Positions 55,186 to 63,641 of a DNA stretch of 64,000 nucleotides are shown piece after piece. The translations under genes were made by a program, and so were the position numbers. The stretch lies in the IMG/VR virus record IMGVR_UViG_3300021400_000143, positions 1 to 64,000 of that record; one strand, given 5' to 3'. The notes below the pieces were generated by a model, which saw only the letters and a program-made list of their open reading frames with translations, did not search any database and was not told the DNA's origin. Each line of letters opens with the position of its first letter. Position 1 is the first letter of the stretch. Source of the stretch: a virus. Its lineage: Duplodnaviria > Caudoviricetes.

Positions 55186-55422
55186 ATGGGTTATATTTTT
55201 GTAGATAAAGACAGCGATGGAGGTCAGTCTTCCATGCGTCAACAGATGCGCAGAAATATGAGAGGTGGTTATCGTTATGGTGGCACAAATCCGATGATGC
55301 GCGGAGATTACAACGAAGGCTATCGTCAGGGCTATAGGCACGGCTGGGAAGATAAAGAAGATGAATGGGAAGATGAAGAGCATTATCGTCGTCAGCGTGA
55401 TAGCAGAGGAAGGTATATTTAA
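55186..55422 (+). CDS. Disordered Arg/Gly/Tyr-rich protein ending RRQRDSRGRYI
   Basis: Start at ATG 55186 after GAAAGGA; low-complexity. Confidence 0.75.
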   Translation: MGYIFVDKDSDGGQSSMRQQMRRNMRGGYRYGGTNPMMRGDYNEGYRQGYRHGWEDKEDEWEDEEHYRRQRDSRGRYI

Positions 55423-55427
55423 AATAA

Positions 55428-55472
55428 AGAAAGGGATTGGATTGGGTAGTCTTGTACTATTCAATCCTTTCT
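55428..55472 (+). terminator. Imperfect hairpin / attenuator inside operon
   Basis: GAAAGGGATTGG...TTCAATCCTTTC. Confidence 0.45.
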
Positions 55473-55497
55473 AATATTAAATAAATTAGAAAGAATT

Positions 55498-55896
55498 ATG
55501 AAACATTATATTTCAGAAGATAGAGCAATCTATGAGGATATGTATCATGGTTTGTTTAGCAAAAGACTTGCAGAGTGGGCTATTTCAAATATGGAAATGA
55601 AAGACCCAGCAACAAAAACCATGAAACGCATTGTTGTTAGAAAGGTAGATGATGTTCAAGAAGTGTTGAAAGAAAATGGTGTTGAGTTACCAAGTGAATT
55701 TGTTTATACAAGTTGGTATTTGTTTAATATGGCTGTTGCTGATTATCAAAAGACTTGCAAGACGGATGAACTACGTGCGACGTTCGTAGAGGAAACGCTT
55801 TGTGACCCTGATGGTATGCCAGAGAACGTGCTGGATTGCTTTGTAACAAAGATGTGTAACGCAGGCATTCCTATCTATTGGGAAAGGTATCTATAA
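55498..55896 (+). CDS. Conserved helical hypothetical protein
   Basis: FSKRLAEWAISNM...YLFNMA.ADY...DPDG...W. Confidence 0.75.
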   Translation: MKHYISEDRAIYEDMYHGLFSKRLAEWAISNMEMKDPATKTMKRIVVRKVDDVQEVLKENGVELPSEFVYTSWYLFNMAVADYQKTCKTDELRATFVEETLCDPDGMPENVLDCFVTKMCNAGIPIYWERYL

Positions 55897-55913
55897 TATA
55901 ATAAGTTTGTCGT

Positions 55914-56306
55914 ATGGAGACCAAGTATATTAACGTACCACCTAACAATAGGTGGGGTGTAATAGTTGTTTATAATTTCGACACAAATAGAGACGCTGTT
56001 GAACTTATAGCAATAATGCGTTCGTTTGGTATGTCGTTGTTTAATGCGAAAAAAGCATTAGATGTATTATCGGACTACAATACAGGTATGGCACTTTCGT
56101 TAGACGATTTACGTATGTCGGCTATATTTATTGGTAAGGCAACAAGTGCTGAACAATTTTGGGATTCCGTGAACCATGAACTTTATCATGTGAATACGTC
56201 TATCATTGATTATTACAATGAGCCTTATAATGAAGAGGGTGCGGCTTATCTCCAAGGATGGCTGATGCAACAAGCGGTTTTGTTACTTGGTGAACCTTGC
56301 TATTAA
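55914..56306 (+). CDS. Putative zinc metallopeptidase
   Basis: HELYH (HExxH) followed 14 residues later by EEGAAYLQG (gluzincin-type third ligand). Confidence 0.65.
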   Translation: METKYINVPPNNRWGVIVVYNFDTNRDAVELIAIMRSFGMSLFNAKKALDVLSDYNTGMALSLDDLRMSAIFIGKATSAEQFWDSVNHELYHVNTSIIDYYNEPYNEEGAAYLQGWLMQQAVLLLGEPCY

Positions 56307-56333
56307 CAACAATAATACATACAAAGAAAGATT

Positions 56334-56657
56334 ATGGAAAGAGAAAAACTTTTGCAAGAATATGAGACTACGCTTAATAGTCTCATAGAAAAAACTCGAT
56401 TTGTGTATTCAGAAGAATTTTACAAACTTGACGAGTTTGAGAAGCAGAAATACACAAAAGACAAGATGGCAACAGAAGGACACCTTAACACATTAAGCAC
56501 TTTGTTATGGGCAAAAGTTCCTCAACTAAGTAGCGTGACCGATTTGTTTGCGCTTGGTATTCTTGGCTCGATGTTTGGTAATAACTGGAGCAATCCATCT
56601 ATGCTTAATGCACCAAAATTAGAAGGGGAAAAACTCGAAGAAGTTAAAATCGAATAA
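56334..56657 (+). CDS. Hypothetical protein
   Basis: Last gene of operon. Confidence 0.65.
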   Translation: MEREKLLQEYETTLNSLIEKTRFVYSEEFYKLDEFEKQKYTKDKMATEGHLNTLSTLLWAKVPQLSSVTDLFALGILGSMFGNNWSNPSMLNAPKLEGEKLEEVKIE

Positions 56658-56709
56658 AATTCGTTTTAAGCACGTTTAAATTCAAAGGTAATAACTTGTA
56701 CTATTCGAT

Positions 56710-56762
56710 AGATAGAAGCCGTTACAACGCACAACAGAGCGCAAATAACGGCTATTTCTATT
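56710..56762. terminator. Hairpin between convergent operons
   Basis: AGCCGTTA (56717-24) / TAACGGCT (56746-53) with extended flanks. Confidence 0.65.
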
Positions 56763-56961
56763 ATTGTATGTGTTCTTTTACGAACCTCCAAATAAAATTC
56801 ATTTTGTGTGTAAGTTCTGTACCACCGAACAAAGGGTATCTTACACACTCTTTTGATTTAGCCATTATAAATATAGCACCAATAAATCCTTTATAAGAAT
56901 CTATCTCCTTTTGCATCTTGGCAATTTCTCTAACTTCGTTGTCGTTGAGTTTCGTTTCCAT
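56761..56961 (-). CDS. Hypothetical protein
   Basis: End of replication operon. Confidence 0.6.
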   Translation of the reverse strand: METKLNDNEVREIAKMQKEIDSYKGFIGAIFIMAKSKECVRYPLFGGTELTHKMNFIWRFVKEHIQ

Positions 56962-56969
56962 AAGCGTTA

Positions 56970-57197
56970 TTATTTTATATCGTTAATATAAGCCCATTTC
57001 TTAATTCTAAAATCATTGCCACCATATTTTTCTCTTAGACGATTTGGAAAGCAATATGAAGTTTTGTAAGCATCTCTCCAAACACCATTTTCAAGCATAT
57101 AGCAAATTCTATAAGGATAATGTTTGGTGTAAGTTTCGACAAGCACATATTCGTATGGTCTTGGTTTCTTTCGTAGGTTATACCATACTGATTCCAT
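56970..57197 (-). CDS. DUF551-like small protein
   Basis: W....KKP..YEYVLV...KKWAY. Confidence 0.6.
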   Translation of the reverse strand: MESVWYNLRKKPRPYEYVLVETYTKHYPYRICYMLENGVWRDAYKTSYCFPNRLREKYGGNDFRIKKWAYINDIK

Positions 57198-57198
57198 G

Positions 57199-57819
57199 TT
57201 ACAAATGATTTAGTTGAGGGAAAAATCTGTGCTGGCTTTCATCCCATTTTGCAACAAGACCACATCGTGTGCAACGGAAATCAAGACCTTCAACAGCATA
57301 ACCCTCTACATTACATTGAGGACAAATAATATCGTATTTCTTTGGTATCGTTATCCAATGTCGTTCAAAACTATCTCCAGAGTCAAGAGTGCCTGTTTCG
57401 TACATTGTTTTCAACAAAGCAAGAATATCTCGGACAGATGCCTCTGATAAATCTGCCGACCTATCGTGTAACAAGTTGTTCAAAAGTTTTTGCACATCAG
57501 CACCAGTAAACTTGTAGTCTTGTAATGTACTCGCTTTGTCTTGTATGTCTGAATTGTATTGTGCTTCAAGTTCTTCTTTTAATTGAATACATGTTTGAGA
57601 GGTAAGAAGATTTTGTGCATTACTTTTATGTTTTGCAAGATATTCTTCTTCATCAACACTTGGAACGTTTCTTTTAAACTCAGCCGTGTCATATACACTT
57701 GCATAAGCAATTTCTATACTTTCGCCAAGAACAACTTGTAAAACAAAAAAGTATTCTTGTGGTGTAAAATTTATCGTTCGTGTATGTAGTGTGTTTTGCG
57801 TACTTAAATAATCAAGCAT
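57199..57819 (-). CDS. Putative terminase small subunit with C-terminal zinc ribbon
   Basis: FTPQEYFF..V.G.....AYA.VY, A..LL...I...EL (TerS-type HTH); CPQC...CTRC. Confidence 0.6.
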   Translation of the reverse strand: MLDYLSTQNTLHTRTINFTPQEYFFVLQVVLGESIEIAYASVYDTAEFKRNVPSVDEEEYLAKHKSNAQNLLTSQTCIQLKEELEAQYNSDIQDKASTLQDYKFTGADVQKLLNNLLHDRSADLSEASVRDILALLKTMYETGTLDSGDSFERHWITIPKKYDIICPQCNVEGYAVEGLDFRCTRCGLVAKWDESQHRFFPQLNHL

Positions 57820-57832
57820 GGTCTTATATTTT

Positions 57833-58393
57833 TTATAATTCTTCTATGATAAAGCGAAACGTGTTTTTGTTTTTCTTTTGCTCTGATTTTGCCCAAGAGA
57901 GGGTTGAAAGCGGTATGTTTAATTTTTTAGAAGCCGCTGTTAATGATGGAAATATCTCATTATACAAACCGTCTCTTGATGAAATCAAAACTTTTAAAGT
58001 GTTTTTACCAACAGTATTCGGGTTGTTTACGTTTTCAAGTCTTGTTGCCCACCTAAGATTAGTAACCAAATTATTTACTTTATCTCCATCTATATGGTCA
58101 ACTTCTTTTTTACCATGAATATTTGGAAGAAAAGCTTCTGCAACCAATCTATGAATATACTTTTCTTTTGATGTTTTTTTATTTCCATTACTTAAACATA
58201 CAAATAAATACTTATTATCCTTTACTCTTGGTTTTAAAATTTTTTCTTCGCACATTACTGTGCAAAAACCACGGGTGACTTTATGTGACAAAACTTTTAC
58301 TCTTCCATAATTGCTAACTTGGTAATAACCTTTATAGCCAGCAATATCTCGCCAAACCTCGTTAGTCATATCAAAAGTTTTTTCTTCTTCCAT
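57833..58393 (-). CDS. NUMOD4-HNH homing endonuclease
   Basis: EVWRDI.GY.G.YQVSNYGRVK; HRLVAEAF; VDHIDGDK.NN...NLRW. Confidence 0.92.
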   Translation of the reverse strand: MEEEKTFDMTNEVWRDIAGYKGYYQVSNYGRVKVLSHKVTRGFCTVMCEEKILKPRVKDNKYLFVCLSNGNKKTSKEKYIHRLVAEAFLPNIHGKKEVDHIDGDKVNNLVTNLRWATRLENVNNPNTVGKNTLKVLISSRDGLYNEIFPSLTAASKKLNIPLSTLSWAKSEQKKNKNTFRFIIEEL

Positions 58394-58901
58394 ATTCGCT
58401 TAACAACATACTATCTACTTTGTTATCGTCAGGTTTTTTAGAACGTGCAGACTTTCTCAAATCAATATTAGGAAATAATCTCTTACAAGCATTGATTGAT
58501 GTTTGCTTTGTGTCAACAACTTTTTTCTGCACTATTTTATCTTTTACACGAATTTCTTTATAAGTAACAACCATATCGGAATGAGTCCAAATTGTTTTTT
58601 GCCATTCCTTTGGTGCAACCAGTGTGTATGGTATCTGATTAGCTGCAAGCAATCCTATGAGATAACCTTTGTTAAAGCCAAAAGCAAACGTAGATTTTGC
58701 ACTGCTACCAAATATGGGTTTAACATCCTCTATCACACACGCAATACTTTCGTTTTCGATTCTTGCTCGAAGCATTATTTCACTTAGCTGGTACAAGTCG
58801 TTATCTTCTATTGAAAAGTGTTCCCATACACCATCTTTTTGCATGGATATAAACCCTTTACTACCAACGTCAATCCCTAAGTATAGCTTATTGTTTTCCA
58901 T
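58371..58901 (-). CDS. ruvC: RuvC-like Holliday junction resolvase
   Basis: LGIDVG, VIEDV, S.FAFG, P..WQK, DSMLL. Confidence 0.85.
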   Translation of the reverse strand: MENNKLYLGIDVGSKGFISMQKDGVWEHFSIEDNDLYQLSEIMLRARIENESIACVIEDVKPIFGSSAKSTFAFGFNKGYLIGLLAANQIPYTLVAPKEWQKTIWTHSDMVVTYKEIRVKDKIVQKKVVDTKQTSINACKRLFPNIDLRKSARSKKPDDNKVDSMLLSEYGRRKNF

Positions 58902-58903
58902 TC

Positions 58904-59335
58904 TTATAGTTTTTTGATTTCAACTTCAATTCCTTCTGGTACAGAAATTATAATTTTGTTCTTCTTTTCAAGCGTTTCATTTTTTATTGTAGAAACAACA
59001 CGTTTAACAGCTCGCCATCGTTTTGCCCATTGTGGATGATAGTCAATCAGCTTTATAACATAGTTTATTCCTTTCCTAACACTATCCGCTGCGTATGTCT
59101 TATTAGGGATAGATGTTTTTGCTATAACAGTGTTGCTATCGTGTGTTAAATACCTTATCGAATACCAATAAAGATAACGAGCATGTGTGTTGTGTATCTT
59201 TCCATTGTCAGATAACATTTCGTCAATATTTACGTCGCAGACAGCGGCAACGGTGTTTGCGAGTAATTGAATCTCTGCTCCATTGTAATCTTTCAATAGC
59301 TCTGTAATCTCTGATAAAATACAAACATCATCCAT
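58904..59335 (-). CDS. DnaA C-terminal-like HTH protein
   Basis: VAAVCDV.IDEML......ARYLYWY..R.L....IA. Confidence 0.55.
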   Translation of the reverse strand: MDDVCILSEITELLKDYNGAEIQLLANTVAAVCDVNIDEMLSDNGKIHNTHARYLYWYSIRYLTHDSNTVIAKTSIPNKTYAADSVRKGINYVIKLIDYHPQWAKRWRAVKRVVSTIKNETLEKKNKIIISVPEGIEVEIKKL

Positions 59336-59753
59336 TGCTTTTTCTTTTTCTATCGTTTATACTATTTATTAGCGTTTGTCTGCTCATTGGCAATCTTTCA
59401 ACAAAGAAGTTTATCTTTTGTTTTTCCATGCCGTAAACCTTATCCCACACACCCATAACAACATACTTGAAATGCAAGAAAGTACACTCGCCTTTATAAG
59501 CCACAACACCATCTTTCTGCTTCTGTAAATAAGATTCCCACCGTGGCTCACTATGTCTTGTCTTGTAAGTCTGGCTTTCCATGTCGTATTCAAGGATAGG
59601 TTTTCTTTTTAGCCATAGATAGGTATGCCCTTCCTCTTGGAAGAACATACCCTCTATTGGTGATAAATCGACTCCATCTATACGCAGATTTCCTTCGTAT
59701 CTACCATTCTTGTTTTGTTCGAGAAAACCATTTGTGTAACTGTAGTCGCTCAT
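59328..59753 (-). CDS. Hypothetical protein
   Basis: 141-aa ORF in replication operon. Confidence 0.7.
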   Translation of the reverse strand: MSDYSYTNGFLEQNKNGRYEGNLRIDGVDLSPIEGMFFQEEGHTYLWLKRKPILEYDMESQTYKTRHSEPRWESYLQKQKDGVVAYKGECTFLHFKYVVMGVWDKVYGMEKQKINFFVERLPMSRQTLINSINDRKRKSNG

Positions 59754-59757
59754 TACT

Positions 59758-60891
59758 CTACGCTATTTGCATTGGCATAAGAAGTGAGATAAAGTCTGTT
59801 TCTGTATTTGCCGTAAAAGAAGTGATTAAAGCAGCCATAGATGAATCTTTCATCATAAACTTTACTTTTTCGTCTTTGATGTTAGAAACCATCTGTGAAA
59901 GATAAGAACCCTTAAAGGCAATCTTAAACTTGTCGCCGTTATAATCACAGAAGATTGTTTCTTTTGCAGATAGAGAGAAGTCTATATTTTCAGCAAATAC
60001 GGTTACTTTACCATCTTGAAACATCAAGACCATTAACTCGCTTGAAGAACTTCCGAAAGGTAGCACACGTTTCATGCTTTCAAGAAGTAAGCTTCTATCT
60101 ATCACAGCAATTACATCGTTGTTTTTTGGTATTACTGCGTTATAGTTAGGAAATCGTCCATCAACAAGTCTTGCGTTAAGTTTGAATTGCTGGTTACTTA
60201 TAGAGATAGAATTGTCGGTAAAAGCAAGCTTTACATCACCGTCGTACTTATCAAGAATTGTTGTGATAGCGTGGCATACTTTTGAAGATATTGTAAAGCC
60301 ACACGCCTCCATATCGTTTAACTTAACCACATTATCCTGATAGCGAGCAAGCTTACAACCATCACTTGCAGCAGTAGTCATTGATTCGTTTGTAAAATCA
60401 AAGTGTACTCCGTTAAGTTGAGGTCTAAGCTCGTCAGATGCAACTGCAAAAACAGTCATATCGACAGCGTTGATAATTCTTGAAACAGGAAGAATGATAG
60501 TCTTTGGCTCTTGATTATTAACTGGTATTTGTGGGTATTTGTCAGCATTTTGTATTGGCAAAGAGAAATCACCATTTTCGTACTCACCCTTAACCATCTG
60601 TTTGCTTTCATCAATATCAAGAGTTACGACACGACCACTAAGGTTACGAAGTGCTTGCAATAAATCCTTTGCATCAACACAGAATTTAAAATCGCTATCG
60701 CTACCGCCAGTAGGTGCTACAACTTGCAACCACATGTCGCCATCACCACTTGTAAGAATGGCTGTATTCTTTTCACTACGTGTTTCAATTTTTATAGTAC
60801 CAAGGATTGGTAAAGCGTTTTTACTATTCACAATACTTGCCACCTGTGTTAGAAATGGCAAGTATGTGTCAACTATGATTGTTACTTTCAT
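59758..60891 (-). CDS. dnaN: DNA polymerase III beta sliding clamp
   Basis: 377 aa; KNALPILG.I, RPQLNGV, ASDG..LA, RLVDGRFPNY..VIP, IAF...YL, LLMPM. Confidence 0.95.
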   Translation of the reverse strand: MKVTIIVDTYLPFLTQVASIVNSKNALPILGTIKIETRSEKNTAILTSGDGDMWLQVVAPTGGSDSDFKFCVDAKDLLQALRNLSGRVVTLDIDESKQMVKGEYENGDFSLPIQNADKYPQIPVNNQEPKTIILPVSRIINAVDMTVFAVASDELRPQLNGVHFDFTNESMTTAASDGCKLARYQDNVVKLNDMEACGFTISSKVCHAITTILDKYDGDVKLAFTDNSISISNQQFKLNARLVDGRFPNYNAVIPKNNDVIAVIDRSLLLESMKRVLPFGSSSSELMVLMFQDGKVTVFAENIDFSLSAKETIFCDYNGDKFKIAFKGSYLSQMVSNIKDEKVKFMMKDSSMAALITSFTANTETDFISLLMPMQIA

Positions 60892-60909
60892 AATGTATTT
60901 GTTTTATTG

Positions 60910-61740
60910 TTATTCGGTAAAGTCTGCAAACTTTTCAGCGGTTTCTTGTGCTTTTTGAGCGTCAATAATTTTCTGCTCTTCGTTGTCAATATACTCGTAG
61001 TTGTTTTCTTCACGCATAACACTTTGGTCGGCACGAATGGCGTCTGCGAGTTCAACAGAAAGAACACCATTCTTGCTAAGATTAAGCTTGATAACGGTTT
61101 TCATTGCCATTGCATCAAAGTCGGTAGTCCACTTACTCTGCTCACGAATGAATGATTCTTTCGACTTGTAAGTCTGTGAATAACGGAGAGCGTGTGCGTT
61201 CATCTCTTCTTTGCTCATATAGAACGTACTTTCAAAACCATTCAATAGTTGAAAATGATTTACATAACCAACGATAGGTGTTTGAAGTCTTTTAGCGTCG
61301 TCGTCAATCCAGTGCCATTCGATTTCGCCAGTAAGACGGTCACGCTTTCCAATCTCACCCTCACGAACTTCTGTTGTGTTAATGCGTTTGTATTGTCCTG
61401 TGCGCAAAGCAAGTTGCTGGAAACCCTTATAACCGATTTGGAATTGAGCTTCCGTAACACCACGTTTCTTATTCTTGTACGGAATAACGTGTGCCATGCC
61501 CAATGAAGGTTCAATAGGGAGATTCAACGCAGTTGCTTTCAATGCAGCAAACATAACCGTGAATGGCTCACATTCTTGTAAGTTTACGTTGTTTGCAACG
61601 AGTGCGGTTACATTGCTTACAAATGCGCCCTTACGCTCTTTAAGCAAGTCAGAGAGGTACTTTTGTGTTGCAGGACTTGTAATTGTTTGGTTGAACGTTT
61701 TTAAGCTGTACGTAACAGCTTTTTTTACTTCGTTTGCCAT
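60910..61740 (-). CDS. recT: RecT/Redbeta-family recombinase
   Basis: A.LNL......G.AH.IPY, AQFQIGYKG..QLALRTGQY, F..MA.KTV. Confidence 0.93.
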   Translation of the reverse strand: MANEVKKAVTYSLKTFNQTITSPATQKYLSDLLKERKGAFVSNVTALVANNVNLQECEPFTVMFAALKATALNLPIEPSLGMAHVIPYKNKKRGVTEAQFQIGYKGFQQLALRTGQYKRINTTEVREGEIGKRDRLTGEIEWHWIDDDAKRLQTPIVGYVNHFQLLNGFESTFYMSKEEMNAHALRYSQTYKSKESFIREQSKWTTDFDAMAMKTVIKLNLSKNGVLSVELADAIRADQSVMREENNYEYIDNEEQKIIDAQKAQETAEKFADFTE

Positions 61741-61767
61741 AATTGTTTTGTTTTAAGAGGTTGTTTT

Positions 61768-62754
61768 TTATTTGACTTTTACTGTAACATAACCGTTACG
61801 CTTTGTTACTTTCTTGTATTTCTCTTTAAATCGTTTTGCTTTTGTTGGATGCTTTGCTTCTATTTCATCAACAAAGAACTTTTTGTAATCAACAGTGCAA
61901 GACTCGGTAGGATTAACCAATGTGAACGAAAAGCTTTCACAAGATATTTTCTTGATACCTTTTTCAAGCATAAAACTATAAAGACGAGTTTTAAATTCCT
62001 CGACTTTTTGCTCGTAATTTTTGATTTCATTCAAGCACGTAACAACGTTATCAAACTGCGACTTTATTCCAGTTGGCAACAACGTAGCGTCAATTTCTTC
62101 ATCTTCTGAATAATAATCGAATTTTTCGAGGAAGCCATCAACCATATTCATTGCGAAGTTGACATCAAGCACTTGTGTGTTGAACTTTACTTTATGCACC
62201 GACATTCTATCAGGAGTAAATTCGTTTGGCTCGTCAAGGTTAAGACCATCTGTAGAGTAATGGACGAGATATAAATTTACTCTCCAACGTCCTTCCATCT
62301 GTGTTGCGTATTCCTTTGCAAGTAGCCATTCAATGTAAAGTTGCGCACTATACATAATACGTGTTTTTCTCGCATCAAGTTTTGTGGCTTTCACTTCGTA
62401 GATGTTTATAGTTTCGTTTGCTTCATCCACATACATAAAGTCTGGGTGGCAGAATAACTTGCAATTCTTTTTGCTATATTTCTTACTAACAATCATCGGA
62501 TTGCTTTTGTAGTCACCATTGTTAGCAAGTAAGTGCTGATAGATTTGGTTTTCAATATAATCGCCAAATCGCATAGCAGGAGTTGTAGCGTGTTCTACGC
62601 TTGGTATAAGTCCTTTGCAAACAGCGAGCCTTTTATACGCATTTTTAGGTACATAGCCAAGGTTTGCTATTTGTGCAAGCATAGTTGCATCAGAGCCACC
62701 TAAACCACCAACTCTCGTGTTGATAATCTCTTCTTTGTGTTGATACTGTTCCAT
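61768..62754 (-). CDS. YqaJ/lambda-exonuclease-family nuclease
   Basis: GLGGSDA, M.FG...E, HPDF, YEVK, Q... Confidence 0.88.
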   Translation of the reverse strand: MEQYQHKEEIINTRVGGLGGSDATMLAQIANLGYVPKNAYKRLAVCKGLIPSVEHATTPAMRFGDYIENQIYQHLLANNGDYKSNPMIVSKKYSKKNCKLFCHPDFMYVDEANETINIYEVKATKLDARKTRIMYSAQLYIEWLLAKEYATQMEGRWRVNLYLVHYSTDGLNLDEPNEFTPDRMSVHKVKFNTQVLDVNFAMNMVDGFLEKFDYYSEDEEIDATLLPTGIKSQFDNVVTCLNEIKNYEQKVEEFKTRLYSFMLEKGIKKISCESFSFTLVNPTESCTVDYKKFFVDEIEAKHPTKAKRFKEKYKKVTKRNGYVTVKVK

Positions 62755-62765
62755 AATTGTTTTGT

Positions 62766-63074
62766 TTATGTTTTTACTACAAGAACTTTTGTTGCGTTAA
62801 GTCCCATTCTATATACTGTTTTACCTTTGACGTCTTCTGGAAAATAATCTGTTCTCGCAACAACAACGACTATGTTTCCCTGTCTAAAATCAACTCGTTT
62901 TAAATAGTCGATAACTTTTTTACTAAAGCAAGAGAAATGTAGAATTGCATAATTTCCACGATACGTTTCTTGCGATGTTTCTTCAATAGAGAAAGACACA
63001 TATTCCACACCGCTTTCGCTTTTGGCATATTTAGGTGGTTTACCAACCCTGCCAGTGTAAAAACAATAATTCAT
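62766..63074 (-). CDS. ssb: Single-stranded DNA-binding protein (OB fold)
   Basis: TGRVGKPP, VSFSI, CFS, ..G..V.V.; next to RecT/YqaJ. Confidence 0.7.
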   Translation of the reverse strand: MNYCFYTGRVGKPPKYAKSESGVEYVSFSIEETSQETYRGNYAILHFSCFSKKVIDYLKRVDFRQGNIVVVVARTDYFPEDVKGKTVYRMGLNATKVLVVKT

Positions 63075-63274
63075 CTTTTGATAATTCTTTGTTCGCTAAA
63101 TTCGAGGGTGTAGTTCTTATTGATTAAAGACGGAAAAGCTTTTAATACTTGTGCGTTTGCATCCTTTTCGTCTATTGGTAAAATTGGCAGATACATATAT
63201 GGTATTTGATTCCAGAAATAACCATCAACCATAATGTCTATATAAATCTTTTTTAATCCTGTTGTCTTTTCCAT
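63071..63274 (-). CDS. Hypothetical protein
   Basis: First CDS after tRNA-like RNA B. Confidence 0.65.
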   Translation of the reverse strand: MEKTTGLKKIYIDIMVDGYFWNQIPYMYLPILPIDEKDANAQVLKAFPSLINKNYTLEFSEQRIIKR

Positions 63275-63303
63275 ATTGTTTTCGTTGTTTTGTTTAAGTG
63301 TGT

Positions 63304-63425
63304 GAGTGGTGTGGGACTCGAACCCTTCTAAATGACAAATCCTTGTTACTTCACTTTAATCAATCATTATGGCAAAAAAGAGTTGAGTGCTTTATTTCCT
63401 GTGACGCGCACAACGTCCACCACTC
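63304..63425 (-). ncRNA. tRNA-like RNA B carrying an antisense insert
   Basis: GAGTGGTG / CACCACTC closing stem, GACG-TTGTGCG-CGTC hairpin, 77-nt insert, GGG-TTCGAGT-CCC T-loop hairpin. Confidence 0.65.
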
Positions 63426-63568
63426 TTAGTTTCTCACGAAACCATTTTATATGTGTAAACTCATTGAGATTCTTTTCAAAAGCGGTAGCGGCTTTCACAA
63501 GTGGCTACCGAAATAATGATAGACTAATAATCAAAATACCCTAATTGTGTATAATCAATAACGTAATG

Positions 63569-63600
63569 CAAATTTAGATATTTTTATTTAAGAATACAAA
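63569..63600 (-). promoter_or_regulatory. Promoter of RNA B and the recombination/replication operon
   Basis: TTTG, 20-nt spacer, TAAATTTG. Confidence 0.8.
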
Positions 63601-63641
63601 TCATTAGTACATTTTATTTTCGATTTTAATTTATTTAACAA

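Noticed and set aside
63369-63386. Plus-strand mini-ORF MAKKS* and track ORF 63332-63544
   Set aside because: No plus-strand promoter seen and the region is antisense to a strong minus-strand promoter; the start-like text is the antisense insert itself.
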